A stretch of DNA of 64,000 nucleotides, taken from positions 72,292,001 to 72,356,000 of the forward strand of contig OZ024747.1 of the NCBI GenBank assembly GCA_964016885.1. The letters are read 5' to 3'. Shown here in pieces: positions 41,000 to 55,635 of the stretch. This DNA is from Eledone cirrhosa (taxonomy: Eukaryota). Under the pieces are notes generated by a model. The model was not told the DNA's origin. It ran no database searches and was given only the letters and a program-made list of their open reading frames with translations. How positions within the stretch are numbered: position 1 is the first letter of the stretch; each line of letters opens with the position of its first letter. A program made the translations under genes and the position numbers.

Positions 41000-41631
41000 A
41001 TAAATACATATATATAATAGAAGCTTTCACCGTATTTGTTTACTAATTTTAGTCTGATAGTGCGGTTTAGAACCCTCAGAGAGATGGAAAAAGATGAGTA
41101 TTGACGTACTTGTATACATATATATACATATGCATATACATATATATATACACATATACATATACACATATATATACATATACATATACATATATATATA
41201 CATATATATATACATATATATTTATATATAACTATGTATATATATATATGTATATATATGTATATATATATGTATATAAGTTGAAAAAAATGAAAACGAA
41301 ATTTCATTTCTCACTCTTAGTATGGCACTTACTCAAATGTAAGTATGTATGTATACGTACATACATATATGTATACAGACGTACAGTAGCATGCATATAT
41401 ATATATATATATATACATATATATACATATATATATATACATACATACAGGTACACATACATATATGCACGCATCAGTTTAGCGGACGCTCACTATAACG
41501 CCGCTTTGTTCGTTTGTAAACATATATATATATGTGAAATATACATATATATGTGAAATATATATATTTATGTGAAATATATATATATATGTGAAATATA
41601 TATATATATGTGAAATATATATATATATGTG

Positions 41632-41768
<137 letters not shown>

Positions 41769-42063
41769 TAGGAATATGTATATGTATATATATATGTATA
41801 CAAGTACGTTAATACTCATCTTTTTCCATCTCTATGAGGGTTCTAAACCCTACTATCAGGCTAAAATTTCTTTAGTAAAAAGATACGGTGAAAGTTTCTA
41901 TAGTATATATATATATATATATGTATTTATATATACATATATATATATGCAAATTTATATGTATATATATATATGTATATATATATGTCTATATGTATAT
42001 ATATATATGTATATATATATGTATATGTATATGTATATATATATATATGTATATGTATATATG

Positions 42064-42094
<31 letters not shown>

Positions 42095-42134
42095 GTATAT
42101 ATATATGTATATGTATATGTATATTTATATGTAT

Positions 42135-42185
<51 letters not shown>

Positions 42186-42298
42186 TGTATATGTATATAG
42201 GTATATATAATTTCTTAGAAATTTAAGCCTCGAATAATTTTTTGAGGCTTAAATTTCTGAGAAATTTATGTTTATATATGAGTTTGAAATTATTTGTG

Positions 42299-42343
<45 letters not shown>

Positions 42344-42447
42344 GTGAGTGTGTATGTGTGTGTGTTGGGTGGGGGTGGAGTGTCTAGGAGTGTATTACGT
42401 AGTGCAGGTGTGCTAAATATGTGTAGGAGCTTAGTCTCTCTTTAATC

Positions 42448-42529
<82 letters not shown>

Positions 42530-43129
42530 GTCAGTCTGTTTGTCTACATACCTACCTGTCTGTTTATCTAGCGTTCTTCCTAACTACCTACTTACCTATT
42601 TGTCTCTCTGTCTGTCTATAAAAAAAAACACAAAAAACAAAAACATCTACAGACAACACGAACTCACCTAACCCCACCATAAACACACCACCACAAACGA
42701 CGAACACACCACCACCACAACCAAACCCTTCCCGAACAAAACAAACACCCACACCACCACAATCGCACACCCAATCACAAAAAGAAAACTACAAAAAGAA
42801 ACAGCACACATAAAAAAAAAACACATTACACATACATAAAAACAAAAAACAAAGATTTGATAGAAACTGTCCGAAAGAGCCCTATTATCCAAACGGAAGG
42901 GAAAACCTTCCCCACCAACGACCCACCCCCAAACCTCAAACTGCCGGGGTAACAACCCTACAACATGAAACATTGAAAGGGACCTTTCCACATGATGTGG
43001 GCCCCTCTTGCCAAAAACCCCTTAACCGTGTCCTGCTAAAAGGATTCCCTCCCTCCCCAAACACCCCCAATCTGGACATGGAGATCGAACAACCCGACCT
43101 CCAGGAAACGAAAAGGTAAATCTCATCAC

Positions 43130-45853
43130 CCAATTCTAACTGGCTGATAGATATCGACTAGACTTCCCAAGTGCACCACTGTGGACGTGGAGCAACCGCA
43201 CTGGGTATTTAGATAGATTTTTAATTAGACAGAATGATAAGGAAACATTAAGCTGTCTACAAATGCACATGGTTGCCCATTCAGACCACAAATTAGTCAC
43301 CTGCGTAGTCAACCTTGATAGAACACATAGACAGGTATCCAGATTCTGGAAGCTAAACATGTCGCTTCCGGCGCGTAAGGCCTACAGCAAACGGATTAAG
43401 TTAAGGGCCAGTTGACGGAGGCGATCTTCAACAACAGGTGGTGGAGCTCTCTCAAGAGAGCAATTAGAATAGAATCGATAGCATTTAGCAAGGAAGTAGC
43501 TTTAGAAAAAAACAAAACCGAAAAGGAACTGGTAGCTAAAGTAGAACAAGCACTTAGGAATGGCAGTACAGCTGACATGCTAGCAGCGAGAACGGCACTA
43601 GACCAGTTCTTCAACGTGAAACACGAAGGTTGTATGGTCAGAAGTAGAACACGTGCTCTAAGAAACGAGGGAGCCAAATCTGTTAGCTGGGCCCGAGTGG
43701 CAGAGGCGAAAAGTGGCAACAAATCCACAATTCGGTCATTGCAAGACTAAGATGGACGCATTCTACTTGAATCCAAGCAGATGTGCACGGCCTTCCAGTA
43801 GCATTTTGCACAACTGTTCGGGCAAAACGGTACGTCAAGATGGATTTCAGCTCCTACCCCAACGGCGTACCACGACTCTCGACCACGGATGCGGAGAGCT
43901 GCGAAAGGCCGATCACAGAGGGCGAAATAGAATATGCCCTAGGTCGCTATGGGAAACGCAAATCACTCGGTTTTACATAGGCATGGCAGACTTGTTCTCT
44001 GGCGTCCTCGAAGCGGTCTACTGCAACTGGCAGCAGAACGGGGGTATTCCCAGTTCTGTAAGCAGAGGCGTAGTAATACTGATCAGGAAAGATGAGAACA
44101 AGGGGGATGAGATAAGAAATTTGAGGCCCATAACTCTGCCCAACACAGTATGTACTGACTCTCGAGCCGTTACTGCGGAAGTTGGAGCTGTTGCAGGGCA
44201 TCCCGAACGAACCAGGACTGCGGAAAGCACCGTCGGCCTATGTCGACGACATAACTGTATTGGTGTCGAAAACCTCGTAAATCGGGGTATCGGCAACCTA
44301 TTACAGGAATACGAAACGTTGACAGGAACAAGACTAAACCCAAACAAGTCTGTCGGTTTGCAGCTCGGCACATGGAGAGGCAAACCCATGCCTTCCGACA
44401 GTGTCGTTGGATGCTGGACGGAAGGACCGGTGAAATTGCTCGGGATCTGGTTTGGTCCAGACATCCAGGTGGACAAGAACTGGAACGAGTTCACGGCGTA
44501 GGTGTTTGCACTCATCCAGAAGTGGGCTGAGGGCAAACTCTCCTTGAAAGGTCTAGCGGAGGTGGCGAACACTTACATAGCGCCTGTCATCTACTACTGC
44601 TTGACAGTCGTGCTTTGTCCCCGTGAATACCTCACCAAAATGGAACGCCTACTCTTCAAGTTCCTCTGGAAGAAACAGGCTCCATTGGTGAGGAGATCCA
44701 TCTCCTGTCAACACTCTTCTAACGGAGGGCTGGGCATGCCGTGGCAGAAGATGTGCAAACACGTGCTGAGGCTATGCCATCTCCTGGTATTCCTGACCGG
44801 TGTACCGGTGTGGTTGTCGTTTGTGAGATGAGCTCTTCCACAACACGTCTCACTAACAGAGCTGCAGTTCTGGGTCAAGCGAAGACCAAAAATGGGCGCC
44901 CGGCACCCCGAGTGCCTCGAGGCGTTCACAGCCCTCTACCAAGCGGAAACGGCAATCAGCGGAGACTCCACTTCGACATTCTATAGGGGATTAGTGAAGG
45001 ATAAGTGCGACGACGTTCTCGGGGGAACTCTAGGCATCGAGGAAGACGAACTGACCAGTCAGTTCGGGAGGACATTCCATCCAGGGCCTATGGATAACTT
45101 CCAGAGGGGTCTGGTCTGGCAGTGCTACCGAGGAGCTCTACCAGTTCGAGACAAAATCTACAGGAACGGACGCCCTGGCAGAGATCCTGCCAAAAGGACC
45201 TGTCCAAGATGCGAACAGGATATCGAAACCGTTCTGCACGCAATTGTTCAGTGCCCAGGGGTGACCGACCTGTGGAATTATGTCGAACAGCTACTGTCAC
45301 GTGTGGGACGCATCCAGTTGTCAGCCGAGTCCATCGTGAGGATCACCCCGCCGCCTTCATTTAAGAATGAATGAGACGCGGTCTTCCTCTGTCCGGTGGC
45401 TATGGCGAAAGAGGTAATATGGTGGACGAGGTTAAAAAAACTGAGGGCAAGCACCTTTCTCTCCGGAAAACAACTCATCCCCTTCTTTAAGTACCACTTC
45501 AGAAGGAAGGTGAAAGTGGAGAGAGCGCTGCTACACCCCAGTAAATTCGCTGAAAGGTGGGTGAATGTGGCGAAAATGGCCCGGGCGAATGGGCCTTCTC
45601 TGTACATAAACCTGTAGGTTGAGTAAGATAAACAGAGGGAAGACGGGAACACCTACAAAACGTGTCCTGGTGTTGGGGGTTGTTCTATCCACGGGGTGTC
45701 AAAGAACCCCGCAGTATCGTTACCCCCCCCCCACCATTATGGGGATTTCAATTGTTTTATTTTATATAGTTTATTGTTATTTATCATTGTTAAAAATGTT
45801 ATGTAAAACCCCCGCCGTCACGTCTTGTGCGCCCTTGTGGCTAATAAAGAAAT
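43130..45853 (+). mobile_element. Decayed L1/Tx1-clade LINE ORF2 and 3' UTR
   Basis: YLDRFLI..HSDHKLV (APE), FWKLN, LRPITL, AYVDDIT, LNPNKS, KLLGIWF, GGLGMP, CPRC..ETVLHAIVQC zinc knuckle, aataaa at the 3' end; stops, frameshifts and an RT-core deletion. Confidence 0.9.
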
Positions 45854-45855
45854 AT

Positions 45856-46296
45856 ACCTACCTACCTACCTACCTACCTACCTACCTACCTACCTACCTA
45901 ACTACCCCACTCCCTCCCTCCCTCCCTCCCTCCCTCCCTACCTACCTACCTACCTACCTACCTACCTACCAACCCACCTACTACCTCCTTCCCTCCATCC
46001 CTCCCTACCTACCTATCTACCAACCCACCTACCTACCTCCCTCCTTCCTTACCTCCCTACGTACCCATCTACCTACCCAGCTACCTACCTACCTACCTAG
46101 CTACCTACCCACCTCCCTACCTACCCACCTCCCTCCCTACCTACCTCCCTACCTACCTCCCGCCCTACCTACTTATCTACCTCCCTAAAACCTCCCTACC
46201 TACCTAACTCCCTACCTTCCTACCTACCTCCCTCCCTACTTTCCTACCTACCTCGCTCCCTCCCTCCCCCTCCCCCTTCCCTCCCTCCCTACCTAA
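45856..46296. repeat. (CCTA)n-derived microsatellite
   Basis: Begins immediately after the LINE 3' end. Confidence 0.9.
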
Positions 46297-46870
46297 CTCA
46301 TATCCACTCCTCCCACTCTCATATTCCTCATCCCCACCCATGTACCACCCCATATCTCTCTCGTATTCCTCTCCCCCACCCTCATATCCACTCCTCCCAC
46401 TCTCATATTCCGCTTCCCCACCCACGTACCACCCCCTATCTCTCTCGTATTCCTCTCCCCCACCCTCATATCCACTCCTCCCACTCTCATATTCCTCATC
46501 CCCACCCACGTACCACCCCCTATCTCTCTCGTATTCCTCTCCCCCACCCTCATATCCACTCCTCCCACTCTCATATTCCTCATCCCCACCCACGTACCAC
46601 CCCCTATCTCTCTCGTATTCCTCTCCCCCACCCTCATATCCACTCCTCCCACTCTCATATTCCTCATCCCCACCCACGTACCACCCCCTATCTCTCTCGT
46701 ATTCCTCTCCCCCACCCTCATATCCACTCCTCCCACTCTCATATTCCTCCTCCCCACCCACGTACCACCCCCTATCTCTCTCGTATTCCTCTCCCCCACC
46801 CTCATATCCACTCCTCACACTATCATATTCCTCATCCCCAACCACGTACCACCCCCTCCCTCTCTCGTAT
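46297..46870. repeat. 84-bp pyrimidine-rich minisatellite, ~6.7 copies
   Basis: Unit starts at 46381, 46465 and onward. Confidence 0.95.
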
Positions 46871-47272
46871 CCCCCCTCCCTCTATTCTCCCTACCCGCCC
46901 CCGCTCCACACCAACGTGCTAATGAAACGGCTTTTCTTAAATACCCCCCCCCCCAGAACATTCTCTCACAGCCGAAAGTTAAGTCTGTTTCGTTTAGAAT
47001 CTTATTTCACCTTCAAATAAAACAAAACGACAACAAAAATCAATGCATCATAAACAAACAAACAAACAAACAAACAAACAAACAAACAAACAAACAAATA
47101 AATAAATAAATAATTAATTAATCTATAATGAATCTTATCGATTATCGATTGTTTAGTAAATAAATTCTTTTATTCTTTGTTTCTTTTACGGCATTAATTC
47201 TTTAGATTACGACCCTGCTGGAGTAATGCCTCGAAAGATTTTCTAATACTATTGTTTATGTAGACGAACGTA

Positions 47273-47455
47273 ATTGGCAGTATCGGTAGAGGGTCGGACG
47301 CTATGCTTTGACGTATAGAGTTACGGCCCTTGCCATTCTGAGTTCAAATCCCGCCGAGGTTAACCTTGCCTTTCATCCTTACGGGGTCGATACAATAAAG
47401 TACCAGTAATGCTCTGGATAATTGCTGGCCTTGTGCCAAACGTAGAAACAATTAT
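47273..47455 (+). mobile_element. Nin-type tRNA SINE copy
   Basis: Matches the family. Confidence 0.85.
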
Positions 47456-47651
47456 TTTGAAGGTTGGCATTTATTTTATTGATCTTCGTTTGTCGTATTG
47501 TTAAGTCAGATGACAAGGTCACTCCCATAAATGAAAACACAGACACATAGATACACACACACACACACACACATACTTATCCTTACCTACACACACATAC
47601 ACATACCCGCACACACATCTATATATATACATTTGTGTGTGTATATGTTTG

Positions 47652-47708
<57 letters not shown>

Positions 47709-47709
47709 T

Positions 47710-47776
<67 letters not shown>

Positions 47777-47788
47777 TTGTAAATATAT

Positions 47789-47886
<98 letters not shown>

Positions 47887-48471
47887 ACATATATACATAT
47901 GTATGTATGTATACATCTATATATATATGTATATATATATATATGTGTGACCCAGTACTACCTGTCGCATGGTCGGGTCGTCGGCGACTAAACCGGCAAC
48001 TCCACCAACTTTACTTGGTGTGGAGGGTGATTTTGGACACACTGCCAGACAAAAAACAAAACCTGACAAAGGGCGGAAGAACTCATAAGAGTCAACGGCC
48101 ATCCATAAGTGTGTAAATATGTATATACACATGTAACACGCGGTTAAACCACTGGGAGTGAAGGACCCCTAGCCTTTGTGAGGGCATTCTTCTAGGAGAA
48201 GGTAACTCAGGAAACTGGGATAACTCCGATATAAAACATGCGGCTCAGTAGTTACCGATGATGTTGATCTTTTCTTCTTTTCGGGTTATAGCTACTGTCG
48301 CTCAGAGAGTGGGATTGGCTCAGTGCACAGTCTTTTCACACTTTAAAAAATATCTTCACGCACAGGCATTGCACGATAGAATTAATTAATTATTATTAAT
48401 AATGGTATATCGTGCAATGGCCATACTCGATAACGAGGGGGCAGCCATCATATATATATATATGATGGCTG

Positions 48472-48502
<31 letters not shown>

Positions 48503-48539
48503 CATTTATATATATATATATATATATATGCTTATCCCA

Positions 48540-48680
48540 TGGTTATCCGATCAGACAGTGTCTCACAACGGGACAACTCGATTAACCCAAAATAGGGGCT
48601 GGAATGGACGTTAAACGGTGACGATGACGACGATGATGATGATGATGATGAGGAGGAGGATGATGATGATGAGGATGTTA

Positions 48681-48712
<32 letters not shown>
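48540..48712 (+). mobile_element. RTE-related SINE/LINE 3' tail
   Basis: ggacgttaaac followed by (gat)n, a typical RTE-partner 3' end. Confidence 0.45.
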
Positions 48713-49039
48713 ATAAGTAGTTCGATTCGGTGTATCAATACCAGAACACTGCCATAATACTCACGAAGTACATGTGTCCAATCTGTATTACATTACAAAA
48801 AGCAAACAGGCATCTGCATGTTTGTTATTTCATTGATTGAGTGGGCCATGGGCTGGAGGTCACTAAAATAAACGGGGTGAATCTCGTGGACAAACATGCT
48901 TTCGGAGGTTTGTCCGCGGGCCCTAGCACGGACACTGCCGCACCCTAGGTCCAGAGCACATCACCTTCTCATCTTTCTCCTTCTTTTCACCTGTCGCCCT
49001 AGAGTCCTTGATTTTCCATTTCCTTTCCTATCATTTATG

Positions 49040-49810
49040 GCTTGGTGGATTGGCAGAATCGGTAGAGCATCGGACACCATGCTTTGCATCATTGAATTAC
49101 GCCCCTTTATGATCTGAGATCAAATCCCGCCGAGGTTAGCTTTGCCTTTCATCCTTACGGGGTCGATAAAATAAAGCACCAGTAATGCAATGGTTTCGAT
49201 TTAATCGACTTTCCCTTCCCCCCAAATTGCTGACCTTGTGCCTATAATAGAAATCCTTTATTGCTTTTATAGTCCTTTCCTTTACGTTCCCACACAGTCA
49301 GATCTGCCCTTCTTTACCACTACCCCGTTTGTAATGTTATTTATACAAATGTAAATAAAACTTGAGAATTTACAAATGGTAATTCTATTTATGGAATATG
49401 TCATGTAAATAGTTTAATAGAAAAAGGTAAAAAGAAAATTTAGATTGAGAAGAATAGAATATAAAATAGGAAAATACAAAGAAAAAGAGGGAATTGCAAG
49501 GGCTCTGGTGTCACAGAAGATTGTGGAGAGGGAGGGAGAGAAGTGAGTGATGTTCCTATGTTTTGTTGTGTTATTTACTCTCCATGTCTCTCTTAATATA
49601 AAATGCCGTTGCATTGTACCTATAATTGTTTCTACTTTAGGCACAAGGCCAGCAATTACCCAGTGCATTACTGGTACTTTATTTTATCTACCCCGTAAAG
49701 ATGAAAGGCAAAGTCAACCTCGGCGGGATTTGAACTCAGATCGTAAAGGGACGTAACTATGCTGGAAAGCATGACGTCCGACCCTCTACCGATACTGCCA
49801 ATCCACCACC
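49040..49810. mobile_element. Two Nin-type SINE copies (49040-49255 +, 49623-49810 -)
   Basis: Family matches. Confidence 0.85.
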
Positions 49811-49947
49811 CTTTTTGTACCTATAATGACAACTGCCATGCAATGTCTGCCCTCTCTAAGACTAATTTTTACATTTTTACTGCCTTCAAGGATTGAGGAG
49901 TTATCGAATAGCAAATATAGGTACAGTGAGGTTTCTCTTGTACACCG

Positions 49948-49988
<41 letters not shown>

Positions 49989-50066
49989 ATATATATAATA
50001 TCTCTGTATATATATAAATATATAAATATAAGTATTAATAAAATAGATGTTCTTTTGATCAATTAC

Positions 50067-50119
50067 ATTTTATTATACATATTTCGGATGTACAACAGTA
50101 CGTCCTCATCAGACAAAAT
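50067..50119 (-). ncRNA. Hammerhead ribozyme (family B, left arm)
   Basis: Reverse complement of 50240-50292. Confidence 0.85.
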
Positions 50120-50239
50120 ATAATGATACATGACATACCCTGAGATGTTAAATGGTTAAGATTTAATCAAGGTAGTTTAATCACTACCTTGATTAAATCT
50201 TAACCATTTAACATCTCAGGGTATGTCATGTATCATTAT

Positions 50240-50292
50240 ATTTTGTCTGATGAGGACGTACTGTTGTACATCCGAAATATGTATAATAAAAT
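50240..50292 (+). ncRNA. Hammerhead ribozyme (family B, right arm)
   Basis: attttgt-CTGATGA-ggacgtac-tgtt-gtacatcc-GAAA-tatgta-TA-ataaaat. Confidence 0.85.
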
Positions 50293-50429
50293 GTAATTGA
50301 TCAAAAGAACATCTATTTTATTAATACTTATATTAATAACTCCTGAAAATTTTTACCGTTGAGTGCTTCCAATCTACTGTAAAAATCATTCTTTGACATA
50401 ATCATCGAATATTGTTTAACAATTTAATA

Positions 50430-50465
<36 letters not shown>

Positions 50466-50472
50466 AATACTA

Positions 50473-50541
<69 letters not shown>

Positions 50542-50814
50542 CATCCATACATACATACATACATACATACATACATACATACATACATACATACATACAT
50601 ACGAGATGATGGCAGATGAAGGAAATTCAAGGCGTCGGAATACAACAAACAGAAGATTTGCTTCGAAGTCACTAGACATATATGAGGAACTTGCGGTTCC
50701 AGAGTCAGGTTCGATCCACAAATAGATCGCATCTCGACCTGTTCGTCGGAGAAACAATTGTAATACGTTAATAAATTGTGTTCCGATGCATCACTGATTC
50801 TTCGTTTTCCATAT

Positions 50815-51321
<507 letters not shown>

Positions 51322-51503
51322 GGGGTCTGGTCTACGAATTCGGTAAACATAAGTTTTGTGAAGTCGCAGACGAAAGAGAGAGAGAAAAAAATTCCATACC
51401 AGCTTGACCAGGAACGCGCGAGAAAAGAATTACACACAGGTCAAACTTGAAGGAGGAGGAGGAGATATATACATATATATACACACGCACATATATATAT
51501 ATG

Positions 51504-51566
<63 letters not shown>

Positions 51567-51574
51567 GATATTAA

Positions 51575-52283
51575 ATATGTAGCTCAGTGAGGTAAAAGAG
51601 TTTAATATCTGTGGGTGATATATTGTAGGATATCACATATGTAGCTCAATGAGGTAAAAGAGTTTAATATCTGCGGGTGATATATTGTAGGATATCACAT
51701 ATGTAGCTCAGTGAGGTAAAAGAGTTTAATATCTGGGAGTGATATACTGTAGGATGTCACTCCCAGATATTAAACTCTTTCATGTGATATACTGTAGGAT
51801 ATCACATATGTAGTACTGGGAGGTGGTAGAGTTTAATGTCTTGGAGTAATACACGTTTGGTTATCATATGTAATACAGTGAGATAAAAGCGTGTAATATC
51901 TATGAAAAATATACGGTAGGATATCACATATATAGCAGAGGGGGTGGTAGAGTTTAATATCCAGAAGTGATATATTGTAGTTATCACATATATAGCAGAG
52001 GTAGGTGGTATATATTAATATCTAGGATAAATATATTGTAGTTATCACATATATAGCAGCGGTAGGTGCTATACCTTAATATGTAGGAGTGATATATTGT
52101 AATTATCACATATATATAGCAGCGGTAGGTGGTAGAGCTTAATATCTAGGATAAATATACTGTAGTTATCACATATATAGCAGCGGTAGGTGGTATACCT
52201 TAATATGTAGGAGTGATATATTGTAATTATCACATATATAACAGAGGGAGGTAACATACCTTAATATCTAGGAGTGATATATT
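51575..52283. repeat. 62-bp minisatellite, ~11 diverging copies
   Basis: Units start at 51575, 51637 and 51699; small internal inversion at ~51718-51781. Confidence 0.9.
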
Positions 52284-52717
52284 GAGATGCCTTGAGAGCG
52301 TGTCTGTAGATAATTAAAAATAAAAATAAATAGATTTCTACTTTTCTTTAACCTTGAACATCTTCGAGTCGTTTGTTTTCTTTAGTATTGATTGAAATTA
52401 TTCAATATAGCAAGGTGCGACTAATGACATACCTAATATAGCAGGCAAGCAAACACCAAGCTAATAAGAAATTATCTAAATATCATACATTTTTTTAAAT
52501 ACTAAAAGGGATTTACCTTTATTCAACTTTCCTATGCTTCACTCAATCTCTTTTAGCTTAGCTCATTATCTGGGCTGCCTTATCAAATTTTAACCCGTTC
52601 TGCATGACTGAGAGCACGTACACATACCGCTAACATGGATTCTCTCTCTCTCTCTCTCTCTCTCACTCCACACACAAACACACACACGCAGACATATATA
52701 TATATATATATATATAG

Positions 52718-53169
<452 letters not shown>

Positions 53170-53190
53170 ATGATATATATATCAATGATA

Positions 53191-53249
<59 letters not shown>

Positions 53250-53290
53250 ATGATATTAATAAATGGAAACTATATATATAAAACGATATT

Positions 53291-53351
53291 TATTGTATTA
53301 TATATATTTCAAGGGTACCAAAACTTTGGTACTCCCTCATCAGATAACATA
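53291..53351 (-). ncRNA. Hammerhead ribozyme (family A) within pLTR unit 53245-53500
   Basis: Reverse complement: CTGATGA-gggagtaccaaagttttggtaccctt-GAAA-tatata-TA. Confidence 0.75.
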
Positions 53352-53511
53352 GAAAGTTTGTTTTATAAATATTGACATATCCAGGAACGAGATCTTAACA
53401 GTTCAAGTTTTACCTGTCCAGAAAACATGTCGAGTGCTTCGAATCAGTTATATATATATATAGTTGTTGAATTTCCAACAAATTAAATAACCATTTGCTT
53501 ATATAGATATA

Positions 53512-54385
53512 CGAGGTGTGCAGAAAAGTTCCAGGACTGATGTCATAAAAGATTTATTTCAAACCCAAACTTCACACTAAGAGTTTTCTCCTTCAAAGTA
53601 ATCCCCCTGGAGTATGTAACTGTAATCTTAGCTCTCTGCAGCGATCAAACTTTTTTCTTCATAATTTTATATACATGTCCTCAGTTTCAGGTCGTCAAGC
53701 AATGAGCACAGAGCAACGAACAAACGTGAAGTTTCTCGTACGGTTGGGGAAAACTCCGTCAGAAGCACTGGAATTGCTGCAGCAAGTGCATGGAGATGAG
53801 ACGATGTCACGCTCGCGTAATTTTGGGTGGTGCAAGAGGTTTAAAGAAGGACGCGAAGACGTGGAAGATGACCCCAGGAGCGGAAGGCAAATGGTGCGTA
53901 GCGATCGTCGGCTGACTGTTCGATTGATGGCAAATGAACTGGGCATGAATCGGGACAGCGTCTGGAAGATTCTCACTGAAGATTTGGACATGCGGAAAGT
54001 CTGCGCGAAGATGGTGCCAAAACTGCTGAACGATGACCAGAAATGTCGACGCGTGCAAGTATGCCAGGACATCCTCGAGCGTCTTGAAAACGAACCAGAC
54101 TTGCTAGTTACAGTCATCACCGGTGATGAGTCATGTATCTTCGAGTACGACCCGGAGGGGACCCGTTTTGAAGACGTGGACGACATCAAAAAGGCCGTGA
54201 CGACGGAACTGCGGAGGATCCCGGAAGAATCCTTCCAGGAGTGGACGCAACTGTGGCAGAAAAGGATGGAAAATTGCATTAGACTCAAGGGGGATTACTT
54301 TGAAAGAGAAAACTCTTAGTGTGAAGTTTGGGTTTGAAATAAATCTTTTGTGACATCAGTCCTGGAACTCTTCTAACACACCTCG
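53512..54385 (+). mobile_element. Internally deleted mariner transposon with ~100-bp TIRs
   Basis: TA|cgaggtgtg...cacacctcg|TA; TIRs ~53512-53613 and ~54283-54385. Confidence 0.92.
53675..54319 (+). pseudogene. Mariner transposase lacking most of the catalytic domain
   Basis: HTH (EQRTNVKF..GKT..W.KRFKEGREDVEDDPRSGR), KMVPKLL, ITGDES..YDPE fused to GTRFEDV..GDYFE; second and third Asp and YSPDLAP absent. Confidence 0.88.
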
Positions 54386-54423
<38 letters not shown>

Positions 54424-54458
54424 ATTCACAAGAATCAAAGCTATGTTCAAAGCATTTA

Positions 54459-55560
54459 TGGTGTTGTTGGTGTTGTTGGTGTTGTTGTTGTGGTGGTGTT
54501 GGTGGTGGTTGTGGTGGTGGTGGTTGTGGTGGTGGTGGTGGTGTTGGTGTTGTTGTGGAGTTGTTGGTTTTGTTGTGGCTTTGGCATTACTATTTGTTTA
54601 CTAATATTATTATTATATTATTTGTTCTTTCTTTTTTTTTCCAATTATAACTATTACTAATTCATTTACGTCCTTATTATTACATTATATTATATTATAT
54701 ACACGGGCGGTGGATTGGCAGTATCGGTGGAGGGTCGGACGCCATGCTTTCCAGCATAGTTACGTCCCTTTACGATCTGAGTTCAAATCTCGCCGAGGTT
54801 GACTTTGCCTTTCATCCTTACGGGGTCGATAAAATAAAGTACCAGTAATGTACGGGGTGATTGCCGGCCTTGTGCTGAAAGTAGAAACAATTATATTATA
54901 CTATATTATATATGTTCTGGGTTCAAATCCCACCGAGGTTAGCTTTGTCTGTACTCCTTACGGAGTCGATAAAATAAAGTACCAGTCACGCACTGGGTCG
55001 ATTTAATTAACTTTCTCCTCCCACAAAATTGCTGGCCTTGTGCGTATATAAGAAACCATTATCATATTATATCCCGCCGAGGTTAACTTTGCCTTTCATC
55101 CTTACGGGTCGATAAAATAAAGTACCAGTAATACACTGAGATAATTGCTGGTCTTGTGCCAAAACTAGAAACAATTATATTATATATGTTTTGAGTTCAA
55201 ATCGCACCGAGGTTAACTTTGTCTTTCATCCTTTCAGGGTCGGTAAAATAAAGTACCAGTTTTTTTTTGTTTTTTTTTGATAACCATTTCACATCTAACT
55301 CGATCGGATTTGAGTAAAATCAACTTCCCTTTTTTGAAAGTGAGCATTCTTAGCTCAAATCCTACTCTCTTCTGTCTGGAGTTGTGACCAGAGCACTGAA
55401 AAAAAACAAAAAAAAACAACAACAACTGAATCATCAGTTAAACGATCTGTTAATCATCTTTTTTTATTTTGATTTATTTATTTTTGTTCTATTTTACTTT
55501 TTGATTTTTTCGTGTCTTTGATATCAATGCCGCGAGAACATGGTTGTTGCTCAAATTGTT
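54459..55560. repeat. ~1.1-kb inverted duplicate of 59052-60150, containing a four-piece SINE cluster
   Basis: Continuous reverse-complement match with a few substitutions and homopolymer differences. Confidence 0.9.
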
Positions 55561-55574
55561 GAGCAACAACCATG

Positions 55575-55635
<61 letters not shown>

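Larger units (their letters stand above)
50025..50432 (+). mobile_element. Family B perfect fold-back (~150-bp arms, 6-nt loop) with tail
   Basis: 50025-50176 is inverted to 50183-50334; tail similar to 57540-57636. Confidence 0.85.

Noticed and set aside
46204-47020. Extensin-like or Gly/Glu/Tyr repeat protein
   Set aside because: An 84-bp minisatellite contiguous with (CCTA)n, open on both strands
47945-48000. HDV-like ribozyme at a possible RTE 5' end (ggcgactaa)
   Set aside because: P1 and P3 are partly plausible, but P2 does not pair and L3 is non-consensus
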